Assembly (NCBI RefSeq): GCF_006345805.1
Contig: NC_043012.1
Coordinates: forward strand, 53,444,001 to 53,508,000
Length of the DNA stretch: 64,000 bases
Source of the DNA: Octopus sinensis
Taxonomy: Eukaryota
Reading direction: 5' to 3'
Shown: piece after piece, positions 1 through 11,060 of the stretch
How the letters are laid out: each line of letters begins with the position of its first letter
Position numbering within the stretch: position 1 is the first letter of the stretch
The notes under the pieces: generated by a model
Told to the model about the DNA's origin: nothing
What the model saw: the letters and a program-made list of their open reading frames with translations, nothing else
Database searches by the model: none
Position numbers and translations under genes: made by a program

Positions 1-410
1 AGAGCCGATGTAATCGACTTACCCTTCCCCCGAAATTTCTGACCTCCTGTCAAAATCTGACATCAATATCAATAATATATGGGCGTACAAGGACGTCTTG
101 TGAACACTGTACGATGTTAATATATTATATTTGTGGTTTAATTCGCTTACACATGCACTATTATATATTTTGTGATGCAGACCATATCTCCTTCGATGGC
201 ATAAATATCGAATGTGTTTTGACGTTGCAGGTTTGTCTTTAATCTTGATAAACATGACCGGCATAACCAAGAACGTATCAAATGGGAACAGCGTTCCAAT
301 TTAGATATCGGTTATCTACACAGGAAATCTTGCCAGACAAGAGATGCAAATATATGTGTGTATGTGTGTGTGTTTGGTTATGCATGTATATGCATATAAT
401 ATATATTATA

Positions 411-545
411 TATGCGAAGGCGTGCGACCTAGTGGTTAAGAGGTTCCAATCACGATCACGAAATAGTGACTTCGAATGCCAGAAGGCTGTGCGTTGTGCT
501 TTGAGCAAAGCGCTTCATTTAACGTGGCTCCAAACCACTTAGCTG
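411..545 (+). mobile_element. tRNA-derived SINE head (family C), degraded
   Basis: A-box-like ctagtggttaag, B-box-like acttcgaatgcc, then CORE-like gttgtgctttgagcaaagcgcttcatt; homologous to 24249-24500. Confidence 0.55.
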
Positions 546-795
546 TACCTGAGAAGCCCTAAAATATGGCGTTATTGTAGTTGTGAATATTTTTGGTGAT
601 TATGTTGATGTCCATTCTCTTCAGGTGAATTCTAATTGAGTTGGCTTATTGTCAAATGTATTCATATTTTTTTCAGCCAATGTATCTTACACTAATCATC
701 GGAGGTGTCCATTCGATGCTTTAGATGTTAGGGTAAGATTAGAGGAGAATTGACTGCATTTTTTGCACATCAAGGCACGACATTCTAGTTTACTT

Positions 796-1198
796 CTTAT
801 TTTTTACTACCCACAAGGGGCTAAACACAGAGGAGTCAAACAAGGACAGACAGACGGATTAAATCGATTATATCGAGCCCAGTGCGTAACTGGTACTTAA
901 TTTATCGATCCCGAAAGGATGAAAGGCAAAGTCGACCGCGGTGGGATTTCAACTCAGAACGTAAATACAGACGAAATACCTATTTCTTTGCTACCCACAA
1001 GGGGCTAAACACAGAGGGGACAAATAAGGACAGACAAACGGATTAAGCCGATTATACCGACCCCAGTGCGTAACTGGTACTTATTTAACCGACCTCGGAA
1101 GGATGAAAGGCAAAGTCGACCTTAGCGGAATTTGAACTCAGACGAAATACCGCGGACCATTTCGCCCGGCGTGCTAACGTTTCTGCCAGCTCGCCGCC
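796..1198 (-). mobile_element. tRNA-derived SINE family B, one head plus two tandem ~185 bp body units
   Basis: Reverse complement of ggcggcgagctggcagaaacgttagcacgccgggcgaaat head at 1150-1198; body repeats at the junction gacgaaatacctatttc (~970-990). Confidence 0.85.
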
Positions 1199-1340
1199 TT
1201 TTACTTCTGGGGATATAGTGGGTGAGGGTCCCTAAGGTTACTTTAGCTACCCCGTGATCCTTCAGGAGGAGGATTAGTGTGGTAAAAATTAGTACTTGGA
1301 TGCTCTTCATGTTGTTGATGAGGTGATAGTCATGGGTTTT

Positions 1341-1358
1341 TGTTGTTGCTGCTGTAGC

Positions 1359-1419
<61 letters not shown>
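1341..1419 (+). repeat. (GTT)n microsatellite
   Basis: Direct reading. Confidence 0.95.
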
Positions 1420-1974
1420 CTTTTGGGGTTAGCCGTTAACCTGACTGAGTGAATATATGAGCAAAATCATTCTAGAAAATACCATACCGGTTTTCTTTTT
1501 TTTTCCGGCATCATCTGCCGGAGAGTACTTATACTAAAAGCACGTTGTCCAGGTCGGTAGTGAAAAGTCTGAGGAAGATTTGTTTACTGTTTTTAAAATA
1601 CAAGTGAACCACATAGATGCCTCATGTTCTGTTCTTAAATGAAATCTATCACGTCAATATGAATATTTTTTTTATACAAACATTTCTAAACTATAACGCT
1701 TACAGACATTGAGGTCTCAGAGTCATATACAATAAGTTGATTAATATACAGTGCAATCCGGATGAAACAAAGCATAGAATTGGAGATGTTTATGCAACAG
1801 AATCATGATGAAAGTTTGAATTCGGTTGTCAGGGAATTTTCATACTTGCAATTCACGGAAAATTGCAGCAAATTTTGATAAATGGATACAATAAATTTGT
1901 GTCTGGACCGTCTATGTCTTGAAGATAAAGTGTAGAAACGAGAAATAAATAAAGAAACAAACAAACAAACAAAC

Positions 1975-1977
<3 letters not shown>

Positions 1978-2043
<66 letters not shown>
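1978..2043 (+). repeat. (GATA)n microsatellite
   Basis: Direct reading. Confidence 0.95.
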
Positions 2044-2411
2044 GGTCGGTAGGTCGGTAGGTACTACAGAGATTAACGTATCACTGTATTTTTCAACTAT
2101 GATGACAGCAGAGTAGCAATGAAGCAAGATGGGATAGTATTTGTGAGCGTGCATCTAGTAAAATACTTTAATTTATATGAACCTGTCTCATATGACAGAG
2201 AAGCAATCTATTCTGTTAAAGGCAATAAATGTGGAGAGAAATAAGAAAGCATGCAGGCGAAATCCACATCGTCTGTTGGGATTGCCAATCTGATGCCTGT
2301 CGCCCTATTGTTTTTGTTGGTGTTTATCTCCAACAGAATATACCTATAATCAAAGAGGTTCCAAACAACCTTCATTTTTTTTTTGGGCGGAGGGGGAATT
2401 GTAACGGTACG

Positions 2412-3335
2412 TGACTTTGTGGTTAACGTATTACGTTCACAATCGTAATGTCATCAGTTCCATTCCCGTCAGCGAGTTGGTCCTTGATCAGGACACATAA
2501 TTTCACGTTGCTCCACTGCACTTAGCAAGCAAAAAGGTGTTACACCTATTTCTTTACTACCCGCAAGGGGCTAAACACAGAGAGGACAAACAAGGACAGA
2601 CAAACGGATTAAGTCTTATTATATCGACCCCAGTGCGTAACTGGTACATATTTAATCGAGCCCGAAAGGATGAAAGGCAAAGACTACCCCGACGGAATTT
2701 TAACTCAGAACGTAAGCAGCTGACGAAATACCTATTTATTTACTACAAACAAGGGGCTAGACACAAAGAGGACAAACAAGTTAAGTCGATTGTATCGAAT
2801 CCAGTGCCTAACTGGTACTTAATTTATCGACCCCGAAAGGATGAAAGGCAAAGTCGACCAAGGCGGAATTTGAACTCAGAACGTAATGGCAGACGAAATA
2901 CCTATTTCTTTACTACCTTCAAGGGGCTAGACACAGAGAGGACAAACAAGAACAGACAAACGGATTAAGTCGATTATGTCGACCCCAGTGCGTAACTGGT
3001 ACTTAATTTATCGACTCCGAAAGGATGAAAGGCAAAGTCGACCTCGGCGGAATTTGAACTAAGAACGTAACGATAGACGAAATACTGCAAAGCTTTTCGC
3101 CCGGCGTGCTAGCGTTTCTGCCAGCTCGTCGCCTTGCACGCAAAAATGAGTTGTACCTTTAACCCAAAGAACCAGGTTTGTCATATTCTGTGTCACGCTG
3201 AATCTCACTGAGAACTACATGAAGGATACGCGTGTTTGTTGAGCGCTCAGCCGCTTGCAATTTAATTTCAGGAGAAGGCTGTTCCGTTGATCAGATCAAC
3301 TGGAACCATCATCAAAATGACCGACGGAGTACCAG
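2412..3335 (+). mobile_element. Old CORE-like SINE (family C, long tail) split by a SINE-B trimer
   Basis: Head and CORE-like part at 2412-2540; tail (tgtgtcacgctgaatctc...gaccgacggagtacc) resumes at 3136; tail is homologous to 34585-34770. Confidence 0.7.
2544..3135 (-). mobile_element. SINE family B trimer (head plus three tandem body units)
   Basis: Three copies of aaggggcta...gaactcagaacgtaa...gacgaaatac; head at 3085-3135. Confidence 0.85.
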
Positions 3336-3884
3336 TTTTTATTTTCGGATATCGCATATATCGACTATATTACCTGTTTGTATCTGTCTTTCAAGATAGC
3401 AGAGTGTAATTTGAGGGAAAATAAGGCTGACAGCTCACATGGCGAAGGATTGTTGTAGATCATACTTCGATATATTTGGTGCAACGGCCTGGTGTAAAGC
3501 ATAAAATACATAACGTTACAGAGGGAGACACAATATGAGAAACGACACAAGGAAGGATGAGCAAATCGTATGAATCTGGGTGGGAAAGAAATACATTTAA
3601 AGTAGCTCGAAGAAACAGGAAGTACATTGCTGATCTAATGGGTGTAACCTTACGATCGGATCATTGATGGTTTGTCATTTTAAGGGGTGCGGTCCACCTG
3701 TTATTACTCCACTCCCAACTCAGTTGAACCAACTGACCTAATTATCAGAGATTTATACATTAGGGATTATATTGTCCAAAGAGTGACTGGTTCTAAAATA
3801 AGACATGATGCAATTTTGGCTGTTATTCTAAGAGCTTCATGAGTCTCCCCCGTTCGCTCCATATGGTACAATTGCTGTTTGTTT

Positions 3885-4090
3885 CTCTTGTTACTGCTAT
3901 TGTTGCTTTAGTTGCTTAACCCCCAGATCGACCTAGAAGTATGATCAAAGGGTTTCCATCTATGAAAATTCCGTCTATTTATGTATCAAGAACTATATTG
4001 TCCAATGATCCCATCAAACTAAGAAGTAGGTTGTGATCTGATGAGGACTTGGCTGCTATATCTAGCAAGTCGAAAGAGCTCATGCAAACT
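3885..4090 (+). repeat. Unclassified interspersed repeat (family E) after a GTT-like tract, with a hammerhead-like motif at 4030-4089
   Basis: Loosely similar to 1420-1610; motif CTGATGA-G-GACTT..AAGTC-GAAA-GAGC-TC. Confidence 0.4.
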
Positions 4091-4529
4091 CTCTCGTGCC
4101 TGACATCTGACAGTTTAATAATACTCCTTTGCTTTTTAACTTGCCTTAATCATCAAACCGCAACCATGCCGGAGCGCCCCCTTCTAGTGCATGCCAGAGA
4201 AAACTATACCAATACGTATTCTAAGTTGGGGCATATTCTGTCGGTATCTTTGGTCGAACCTCAAAGTTACAGATACATAAACAGACCAACACAGGATGTC
4301 AAAGGATGTGGAGAATAACACTAAGAACGCACGCGCATGCGGTTCATACATATATACGCGTATCACTCCACATAATGTACGGACTGAGTTACTTATACAC
4401 ATACACATAGGTCCACATAATTTTCAGCTCGACCAGACAAATATATTCACGCATTCACCCGCATTTACAGCTACACACTCATACACAACATTCGCACACA
4501 CACACACGCGCTTGTACAACTTAGTTCAC

Positions 4530-4568
<39 letters not shown>

Positions 4569-4569
<1 letters not shown>

Positions 4570-5057
4570 GACTGAGAGGGCAGTGCATGTCATCAAAGTG
4601 ACACTGGGGTAAAATATACGAAGCCCAGTATACCCATCATGACTACCGGTCTAATAAGGGTACACTAGGCACATGCATAACAACCATATGTGCGCGACAT
4701 GGTGATCACATATCAAGATAAACAGCACATGATCTTGCAGGTGGGGCCCAGTTAGAATTTTTCTTCTGGTCGAGTAACTCATCCTGCTCAAAAGGTCCCT
4801 GAATAAGGGTTGTTTAAAGATATTGAACGAAATACCCATGTTTCCAGAGGTGAATTATTCAAACCCCAAAGAATCCCTCTCAACACAAATCTATGATGCT
4901 TCCCCACTACTTCTGCTCGTTTTCAGAGATGCACATATTGTCAGCCACTAAGGGACATGCTCAACTGGTTGAGGTCAAACAACTGACAAGGAAATCTGTG
5001 GATTTGAGCAGAATATTTGCTGTAGCCCATATTTTACACCAAGACAAAACAATGTGC
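4569..5057 (+). mobile_element. ~490 bp non-coding element flanked on both sides by (TTA)n
   Basis: Full inverted copy at 54797-55276 with the same ends; partial copies at 21646-21830 and 56226-56455. Functional strand unknown. Confidence 0.8.
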
Positions 5058-5088
<31 letters not shown>

Positions 5089-5204
5089 CCCTTTCATTCA
5101 GCCTTTCTCTTCCTACCGTTTCACTATTCACATTTCTTTTCTCTCTCCGTTTTATTTATTTACATATACATATTGGCATATGCATATATATATATGTATG
5201 TGCA

Positions 5205-5385
5205 TATACGGCGGGTTTCCATACAGTTTCTGTTAAGCCTTTACCAATTTTACTTACAAGGCCTAAGTCGGTCCGGGGCTATTGTAGAAGACCTTTGCCC
5301 AAGATAGAGCGTAGTGAGATGGAACCCAAATCTACCTGGCTGCGAAATGAACTTCTAAACCTCACAGCCATACCTGTGCCTATGA
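5205..5385 (-). mobile_element. SINE family A, 5' half, diverged
   Basis: Similar to the head half of 26450-26843 (gctattgtagaagacctttgcccaag, cacagccatacctgtgcc). Confidence 0.6.
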
Positions 5386-5927
5386 ATGTACGACATATTA
5401 CTCTCCATTAACAGCTTATACTTGAAAATTTTCTGATGTTCGACAAGTAACCCATTTTTGGGCTAGGTTTTGTCTATGTTATGGAAGTGATTTCACGGAG
5501 TTGCATTTCAGAGTGTATCAGACTTAACTTTCTTTATTTCAATACATAATAGTAGCGCAGTATTCTGATTAATAGTGGTATGTGTAAATATTACATAGTG
5601 GTAGTATCAATTGGGACGATGTCCTTGCATTTTCGTGATATGCTCTTAGATTTCATGATGCCTGGAATGACGTGAATGAAGTGTCAATGACTCAGATGTA
5701 GATCAGTTGGTGGGGCGGGTTGAAATAGTTGAGTAGGATACCAGAATGTTAATGTGGGGTGAAAGAAGTAGTGTAGAAAACCGTTCACTCTGCAGTGAAG
5801 CAGAACTGATAGAATAGAAATTAGAGATATTTCTGTTCCTTTATGAGGCTTTGAACCGATCTCAGAAAATTTTCCCATGCTGCATGTAAAATATGGCGGC
5901 TATATTTTAATATTCTTGTCATTAAAA

Positions 5928-6235
5928 ATACCCAGTGGTTAGGGCAGCGGACTCGCGGTCGGAGGATCGCGGTTTCGATTCCCAGATCGGGCGTTATGTG
6001 TGTTTATTGAGCGAAAACAACTAAAAGCTAGCTCCACGAGTCTCCAACGGTGGGGGGGGCGACCCCTGTTGTACACTTTCGCCACAACTTTCTCTTACTC
6101 TCTCTTCCAGTTTCTTGAGTAACGCTGCGATGGCCAGGTGTCCCGTCCAGCTGGGGGGAACACATAAGCCACAGAAACCAGCAAACTGGGCCCATGAGCC
6201 TGGCTAGGCTTGAAAAGGGCGACGTTTATCGTTAT
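5928..6235 (+). mobile_element. tRNA-derived SINE family C (short-tail type)
   Basis: agtggttagggcagcggactcgcggtcggaggatcgcggtttcgattccc head; tail gggcccatgagcctggctaggcttgaaaaggg shared with 24249-24500. Confidence 0.75.
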
Positions 6236-6956
6236 TTTTATGTCATTAAAGTTATCGAGGCTGAACACATTCTGAGTACAGGATGCGTCCAGGCTTAGCT
6301 GAGTCGTTAGAAAGTTTGTATCGTAATGACATAATTATAATTTCGGATTCACGGTCACGGCACAATATCTTGAATAATATGATTCTATCAAAGCTTTCAA
6401 TTGTTTAGAGAACAGAAGGAAGCTTTCTAGAATCTCATCGAATGGATCATTCCTGATTTTCCGCATGACACTTAAACTTCTGCCTAAATGAGTCCCACCA
6501 GCTGAGCGTCGCGTGTCTTTAGTAGATTATAGTATCTCTTTTTATTTGCTTATTTTATTTTATTGCACGAGTCTGAAGAAAGATTTGGGGTTGCCATGGT
6601 TCCCATAGGATCTCGAGATTAGAGAAAGCGGTACGATTAATATTCTCATTGGACGTGAGCAGGGATAAAAAGTTGATGTAAAGGGCATTCCCTAGAGGTC
6701 GGTGTTCCGGATAAGATAAAGTAGGAGTAGTAGTTATTGTTTGTATCAAGGATCTGTTCCAATATACACGAAAATATTCGGAGCCAAGTTTCACGTCAGA
6801 AGATTATTGTCTCTCACCACTTGTGGACGCTCTGACTTGAGCTTTTTTCCTTCAATTAATCAATTAAAAGTAGATGGATGTGCGTATTCATGTACATACA
6901 TATATGTATACATGCTACATTATAATGTACACATGTAAACACAGACACACGCCAAC

Positions 6957-7001
<45 letters not shown>

Positions 7002-7191
7002 TGTTTGTGTGTGTGTCTGTGTAGGTTTCATGGAGCTGAGAGCCAAACTATTTTTTAGTTAGTTATCAAATGATATATGCACATACATGTGTGCGTGTGT
7101 GTACAACTTTTCAAGCAGTTCAAAACCATCACAAATATATTCGAAGTAATTTAAAAGATTGCTTAGTTAATGTTCACATCACTAATTAGTA

Positions 7192-7499
7192 TGCACATGG
7201 CTTGTGGTTAGTGTGTTACATTCACGATCCAGCGAACGTGATTTCAAACCCTAGATTGTGTGGTGTGTCGTGTCATTGAGCAAAACACTTCATCTTACGT
7301 TGTTCTGCAATCACTTCGACACCTGACGCGTGGTACACAGTACCCCTGTTCAGAAAACGTCCATTTGATGGAGAGAATTAGCTAATGTCGATACGAACTT
7401 TTGATCACTATAAACAAATCATTCGTGCCGGTCGTTCAGCAAAGGCCTGAACATTCATACGCCTCCTTCGACGGGAGAATCCTTCGTATAAATAAATAA

Positions 7500-7500
<1 letters not shown>
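7192..7500 (+). mobile_element. tRNA/CORE-like SINE (family D), degraded
   Basis: tgtggttagtgtg...tttcaaaccc head, gtgtcattgagcaaaacacttcat CORE-like block, ends in (TAAA)n. Confidence 0.55.
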
Positions 7501-7502
<2 letters not shown>

Positions 7503-7552
<50 letters not shown>

Positions 7553-7664
7553 CATATTTATCTATCAGTTATATATCAATCTATACATACATACAAACAT
7601 ACATACATACAAACATACATACATACAAACATACATACATACATAATACATACATACATACATA

Positions 7665-7730
<66 letters not shown>

Positions 7731-7735
7731 ATACA
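7503..7735 (+). repeat. Compound (TA)n/(TACA)n microsatellite
   Basis: Direct reading. Confidence 0.95.
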
Positions 7736-7794
7736 TTGCACTCTCCTGTCTTTGAAAGAACATTTTCTTCACCCATTCCCTTCCGGTCATTCAA

Positions 7795-7980
7795 TATGTG
7801 ACCGCGTTTGTATCGTTGGCGATTTTTTTCCTCCATCTTCCCTACCTTAAATCTTTCCTTTTCCTATGTTTCGAAAAGTTAAATCCTCCTTCTTTCTTTC
7901 CTTTCCTGAGCGTCCAATAACACTATACTTGTTCCACGTCCTCGCGCTGTTGCGTTTTCTCTTTGTGTTTTCATGTTTAG
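7795..7980 (+). mobile_element. Penelope-like pseudo-LTR with hammerhead core deleted
   Basis: Colinear with 53788-53992 except for loss of the segment carrying CCGACGA and stem II. Confidence 0.7.
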
Positions 7981-8265
7981 AAAACACAATATATATATAT
8001 GTACGGATAGCATGATACATATTTTGTAGAAGACAGCTTAATTTAGAATATCGAAAATGAGTATAATGCAGATAAATTTACAGTAATTTGAAAGTTTAGA
8101 CTTGATTACAGTTGTTGCGAAAATACTCTTACTGCCATGGATCTTTTTAGAGTCATGTATATATATATATATACATGTGTGTGCACAAATATACATACAT
8201 ACATATATATATATATGTATGTATATGTATGTATATATACTTTATTAAAAAAAAGCAGCAAAATA

Positions 8266-8316
8266 TCACAAAAACTGCTACTCAGAGTTTTACGTTCCTG
8301 TTCGTCGGAAAATTTT
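8266..8316 (-). ncRNA. Hammerhead-like motif, type I, CCGACGA core (inverted-arm copy)
   Basis: Minus strand aaaattttCCGACGA-acaggaacgt-aAAAC-tctga-GTA-gcagtttt; G12 mutated. Confidence 0.5.
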
Positions 8317-8420
8317 GTTTAGAATGGAACAAAATAAGGTTATCTCTGTAAATATACAATTACTTAGATAGACACACATTTTAAAAATGGTTTTGAGTCA
8401 TCGGTCCTTTCAACTAACGG

Positions 8421-8870
8421 TTGAAGGTTATCTATACTTGTTGCAAAAATTTCGTCTCTTTTATTCATCAGCATAGCACAGAATTTATAACAAACAACCA
8501 CAGTGCCGAATCTAATCTGAGAAACTGCAATTTCAAAGATAAAACTTAGTGTCAGTGTGAAGGTAAATGTTTTGAAAAAGGAATTTCTTATAGAGCTGAA
8601 GTGCAAATAGATGACTCACAAGAATATAAAACTTACACAGGGAGCTTCGGGTAATTTATTCAAGACTCGGTTTTATTCCCACCGAAATTCTTTCCGATAA
8701 CCCGAGAAGAGAACAGCAACAAGCCTTGCAAACCATGTCTGGCAACTGAAGGAGAATGCCTCCCGCCCTTTCAATATTTGCTGGACTGTTTTGGAAAAAG
8801 CACCATCATACAAACATGGAGCTTATAGAAGACTTATGAAATGTAATCTTTTATTGTCGCGTTTGAATTT
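8421..8870 (+). pseudogene. PLE C-terminal GIY-YIG endonuclease remnant
   Basis: Manual translation with stops and a frameshift: LKVIYTCCKNF..NCNFKDKT*CQCEGKCFEKGISYRAEV..YKTYTG..FKTRFYSHRNSFR*PEKRTATSLANHVWQLKE..WTVLEKAPSYKHG..KCNL. Confidence 0.85.
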
Positions 8871-9054
8871 GACTTTACACCTTATATATAGTTTTTTTCT
8901 GTATTACAATGCTAGTACGTTGATTTTCTTTTCGTTTTCCTTCTCTCGCCTGTAACAACAAGGTTGTATAAGCATACACAAGGAGGTATTATGCGCGTGG
9001 ATATGTATGTATGTATATATATATATATATATATATACATGTACATACACCTAC

Positions 9055-9090
<36 letters not shown>

Positions 9091-9724
9091 GCATATATGG
9101 GTACAGGACATCAAAAAACAAAACGTTGAACACAATGAGAAGCGAAAGCATAAAATAAAAACATAGAAACAAACTTTTCTTTGAAACAACGAAAAAAACC
9201 CCCAGAGAACTGAGACATACAACATACCCTTCTTCAGTTGTCCCTGTTTCATCTACTCCGCGTTTGTATGTATATATGCGTTTGTATATATTTATGTTTT
9301 GCCTATATTTGACTGTATATGTATGTAACCATGTACCAACGCCTGTATGATTAATGTATATATGTATATATAGGTTGTTTGGTATGTGTATGTATTGCTA
9401 AATGTAGATGCATTTTAGGATGCGAGTTTTGTTTTTAAACGGATATATCTTTTAATTTATTTAAGTTTGTTATTATTTTTTACCAGTAATTTTTAATCCT
9501 GGGTATTCAGTTGTTTTTTCCTTCTACATAAGCTTTTTTTGATTTAAGGTTATCTTCCATTTTTATAATAATATGATTTTAAACCGCAACTGTAATTTCA
9601 TGTAACCGGTTATTGAAAATCGCGTTAGTTAAAAGGACCAATGAAACAAAATCATTTTCAAATGTGTATCTCTGTAAGTAATTGTATATTTATGCATATA
9701 TCCTTATTTTGTTCCATTCTAAAC

Positions 9725-9770
9725 AAAACTGTCCGACGAAGGGGAATGTGAAACTCTGAGTAACAGTTTT
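9725..9770 (+). ncRNA. Hammerhead-like motif, type I, CCGACGA core
   Basis: Perfect 8 bp stem I AAAACTGT/ACAGTTTT; CCGACGA; weak stem II; GAAAC-TCTGA-GTA. Confidence 0.65.
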
Positions 9771-10296
9771 TGTGATATTTTTGCTGCTTTTTTATTAAAA
9801 CATATTACTCTAACTCCGGTATTCGAGCGAGTACTATTTTTTCCATCTTGTTTCGCATTTATGTGCTTATTCTGGTATATATATTATATATACTTGTGAA
9901 ACATTGTTTCCTTGCCGTAAGGCTTCATTTCCACACACCCCAGCTTAATTTAATTCGTCCTTAGTCGAAAGACACCTGTTATTATGTCATGTTATTATTT
10001 TTATTGTATTTGTGTAACCTTGTCCGTTTTTTCCGTCCTTATTTTTGTATACATTCGCTGCTTTCTTCCAAGGAATATAATGCTCTTACCGTAGTTTTTC
10101 TTTGGGCTGGCTAGATTGGAGCTATCTCATGTATAATCACCCGAAATTTAGAAGATATTCTGGTACTTGACTGAGGAAAGAAAATTTCGAATGACCCGTC
10201 CTTGTTTTCTTTGTATCGTTTATCTGGATGTTTTTTGTCCAATTTTTGTATCACCTAACTGCCCGAATGTTTTGCGTACTTGTCTCATTTTGTATT

Positions 10297-10347
<51 letters not shown>

Positions 10348-10408
10348 GTGTATATAAATATATATAAATAAATATATATATATACGTGTATATAAATATA
10401 TATAAATA

Positions 10409-10439
<31 letters not shown>

Positions 10440-10687
10440 TTTATTTATATATATTTATATACACGTATGTATGTATGTAGTTAGGTAGGTAGGTATCCAG
10501 TATCGCCAGACAACCGGTGTTCGGTAGCTTTTTTCGTCGTAAGAATTTCGACATAAGAAACTGTTATATTCTTCAAAGCAGTTCTTCAGCATAACCACGG
10601 TCCAATGGCCTAACTAATGAAACATGTAAAATAATAAAAGGAGCATTTATATACATGTATATATGTACACACGCACAAACAAATATA

Positions 10688-10735
10688 CAGTAGTACGTGG
10701 TTCTCAAACGACTCCGATCACCAATAAATTGTGCT

Positions 10736-10779
<44 letters not shown>

Positions 10780-10827
10780 CACAATGTTTTTTGTGATCAG
10801 AGGCGTTCGTAAACCGAGGTACTACTG
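10688..10827. mobile_element. Tigger/pogo-type MITE with ~50 bp TIRs, TA TSD and (TA)n core
   Basis: TA|CAGTAGTACGTGGTTCTC... and ...AAACCGAGGTACTACTG|TA; arms are reverse-complementary through gatcac..ttgtgctt. Confidence 0.75.
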
Positions 10828-10859
10828 TATATATATATATATGAATATATATATATAAA

Positions 10860-10880
10860 TAGATAGATAGATTAATAGAT

Positions 10881-10915
<35 letters not shown>

Positions 10916-10975
10916 CAGATATATAGATAGACAGGTAGACAGTAGACAGACAGACAGAGAGACAGACAGATAGAC

Positions 10976-11060
<85 letters not shown>
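10860..11060 (+). repeat. (GATA)n/(GACA)n array abutting the 3' end of the Tx1-like LINE
   Basis: Direct reading. Confidence 0.95.

Larger units (their letters stand above)
8240..9890 (+). mobile_element. 5'-truncated Penelope-like element with inverted 5' pseudo-LTR
   Basis: 8240-8421 is the reverse complement of 9620-9800; encloses a GIY-YIG remnant; interrupted by microsatellites and another repeat at ~8950-9270. Confidence 0.8.

Noticed and set aside
560-575. YY1-like aa(a/c)atggcg motifs (also ~5890, 37506, 60530) as promoters
   Set aside because: Isolated short motifs with no CpG-rich context or downstream gene; the 60530 copy is just the transposase start.
181-732. Three exon-like segments (181-230, 581-624, 677-732) with good AG/GT signals
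   Set aside because: Each open frame starts in phase 1 and ends in phase 0, so they cannot be joined; SINE debris lies between them; no recognisable protein.
796-3135. Regularly spaced repeats as a CRISPR-like array
   Set aside because: Whole units repeat with no unique spacers; eukaryotic SINE context.
8358-8420. IDTHFKNG peptide as an upstream part of the PLE ORF
   Set aside because: The segment lies inside the inverted pseudo-LTR arm (reverse complement of 9620-9690), so the resemblance is probably coincidental.
10165-10200. CTGAGGA..TTTCGAATGACC motif in a repeat next to (TA)n
   Set aside because: GAAT rather than GAAA and no consistent stems; possibly a PLE remnant, but not supportable.
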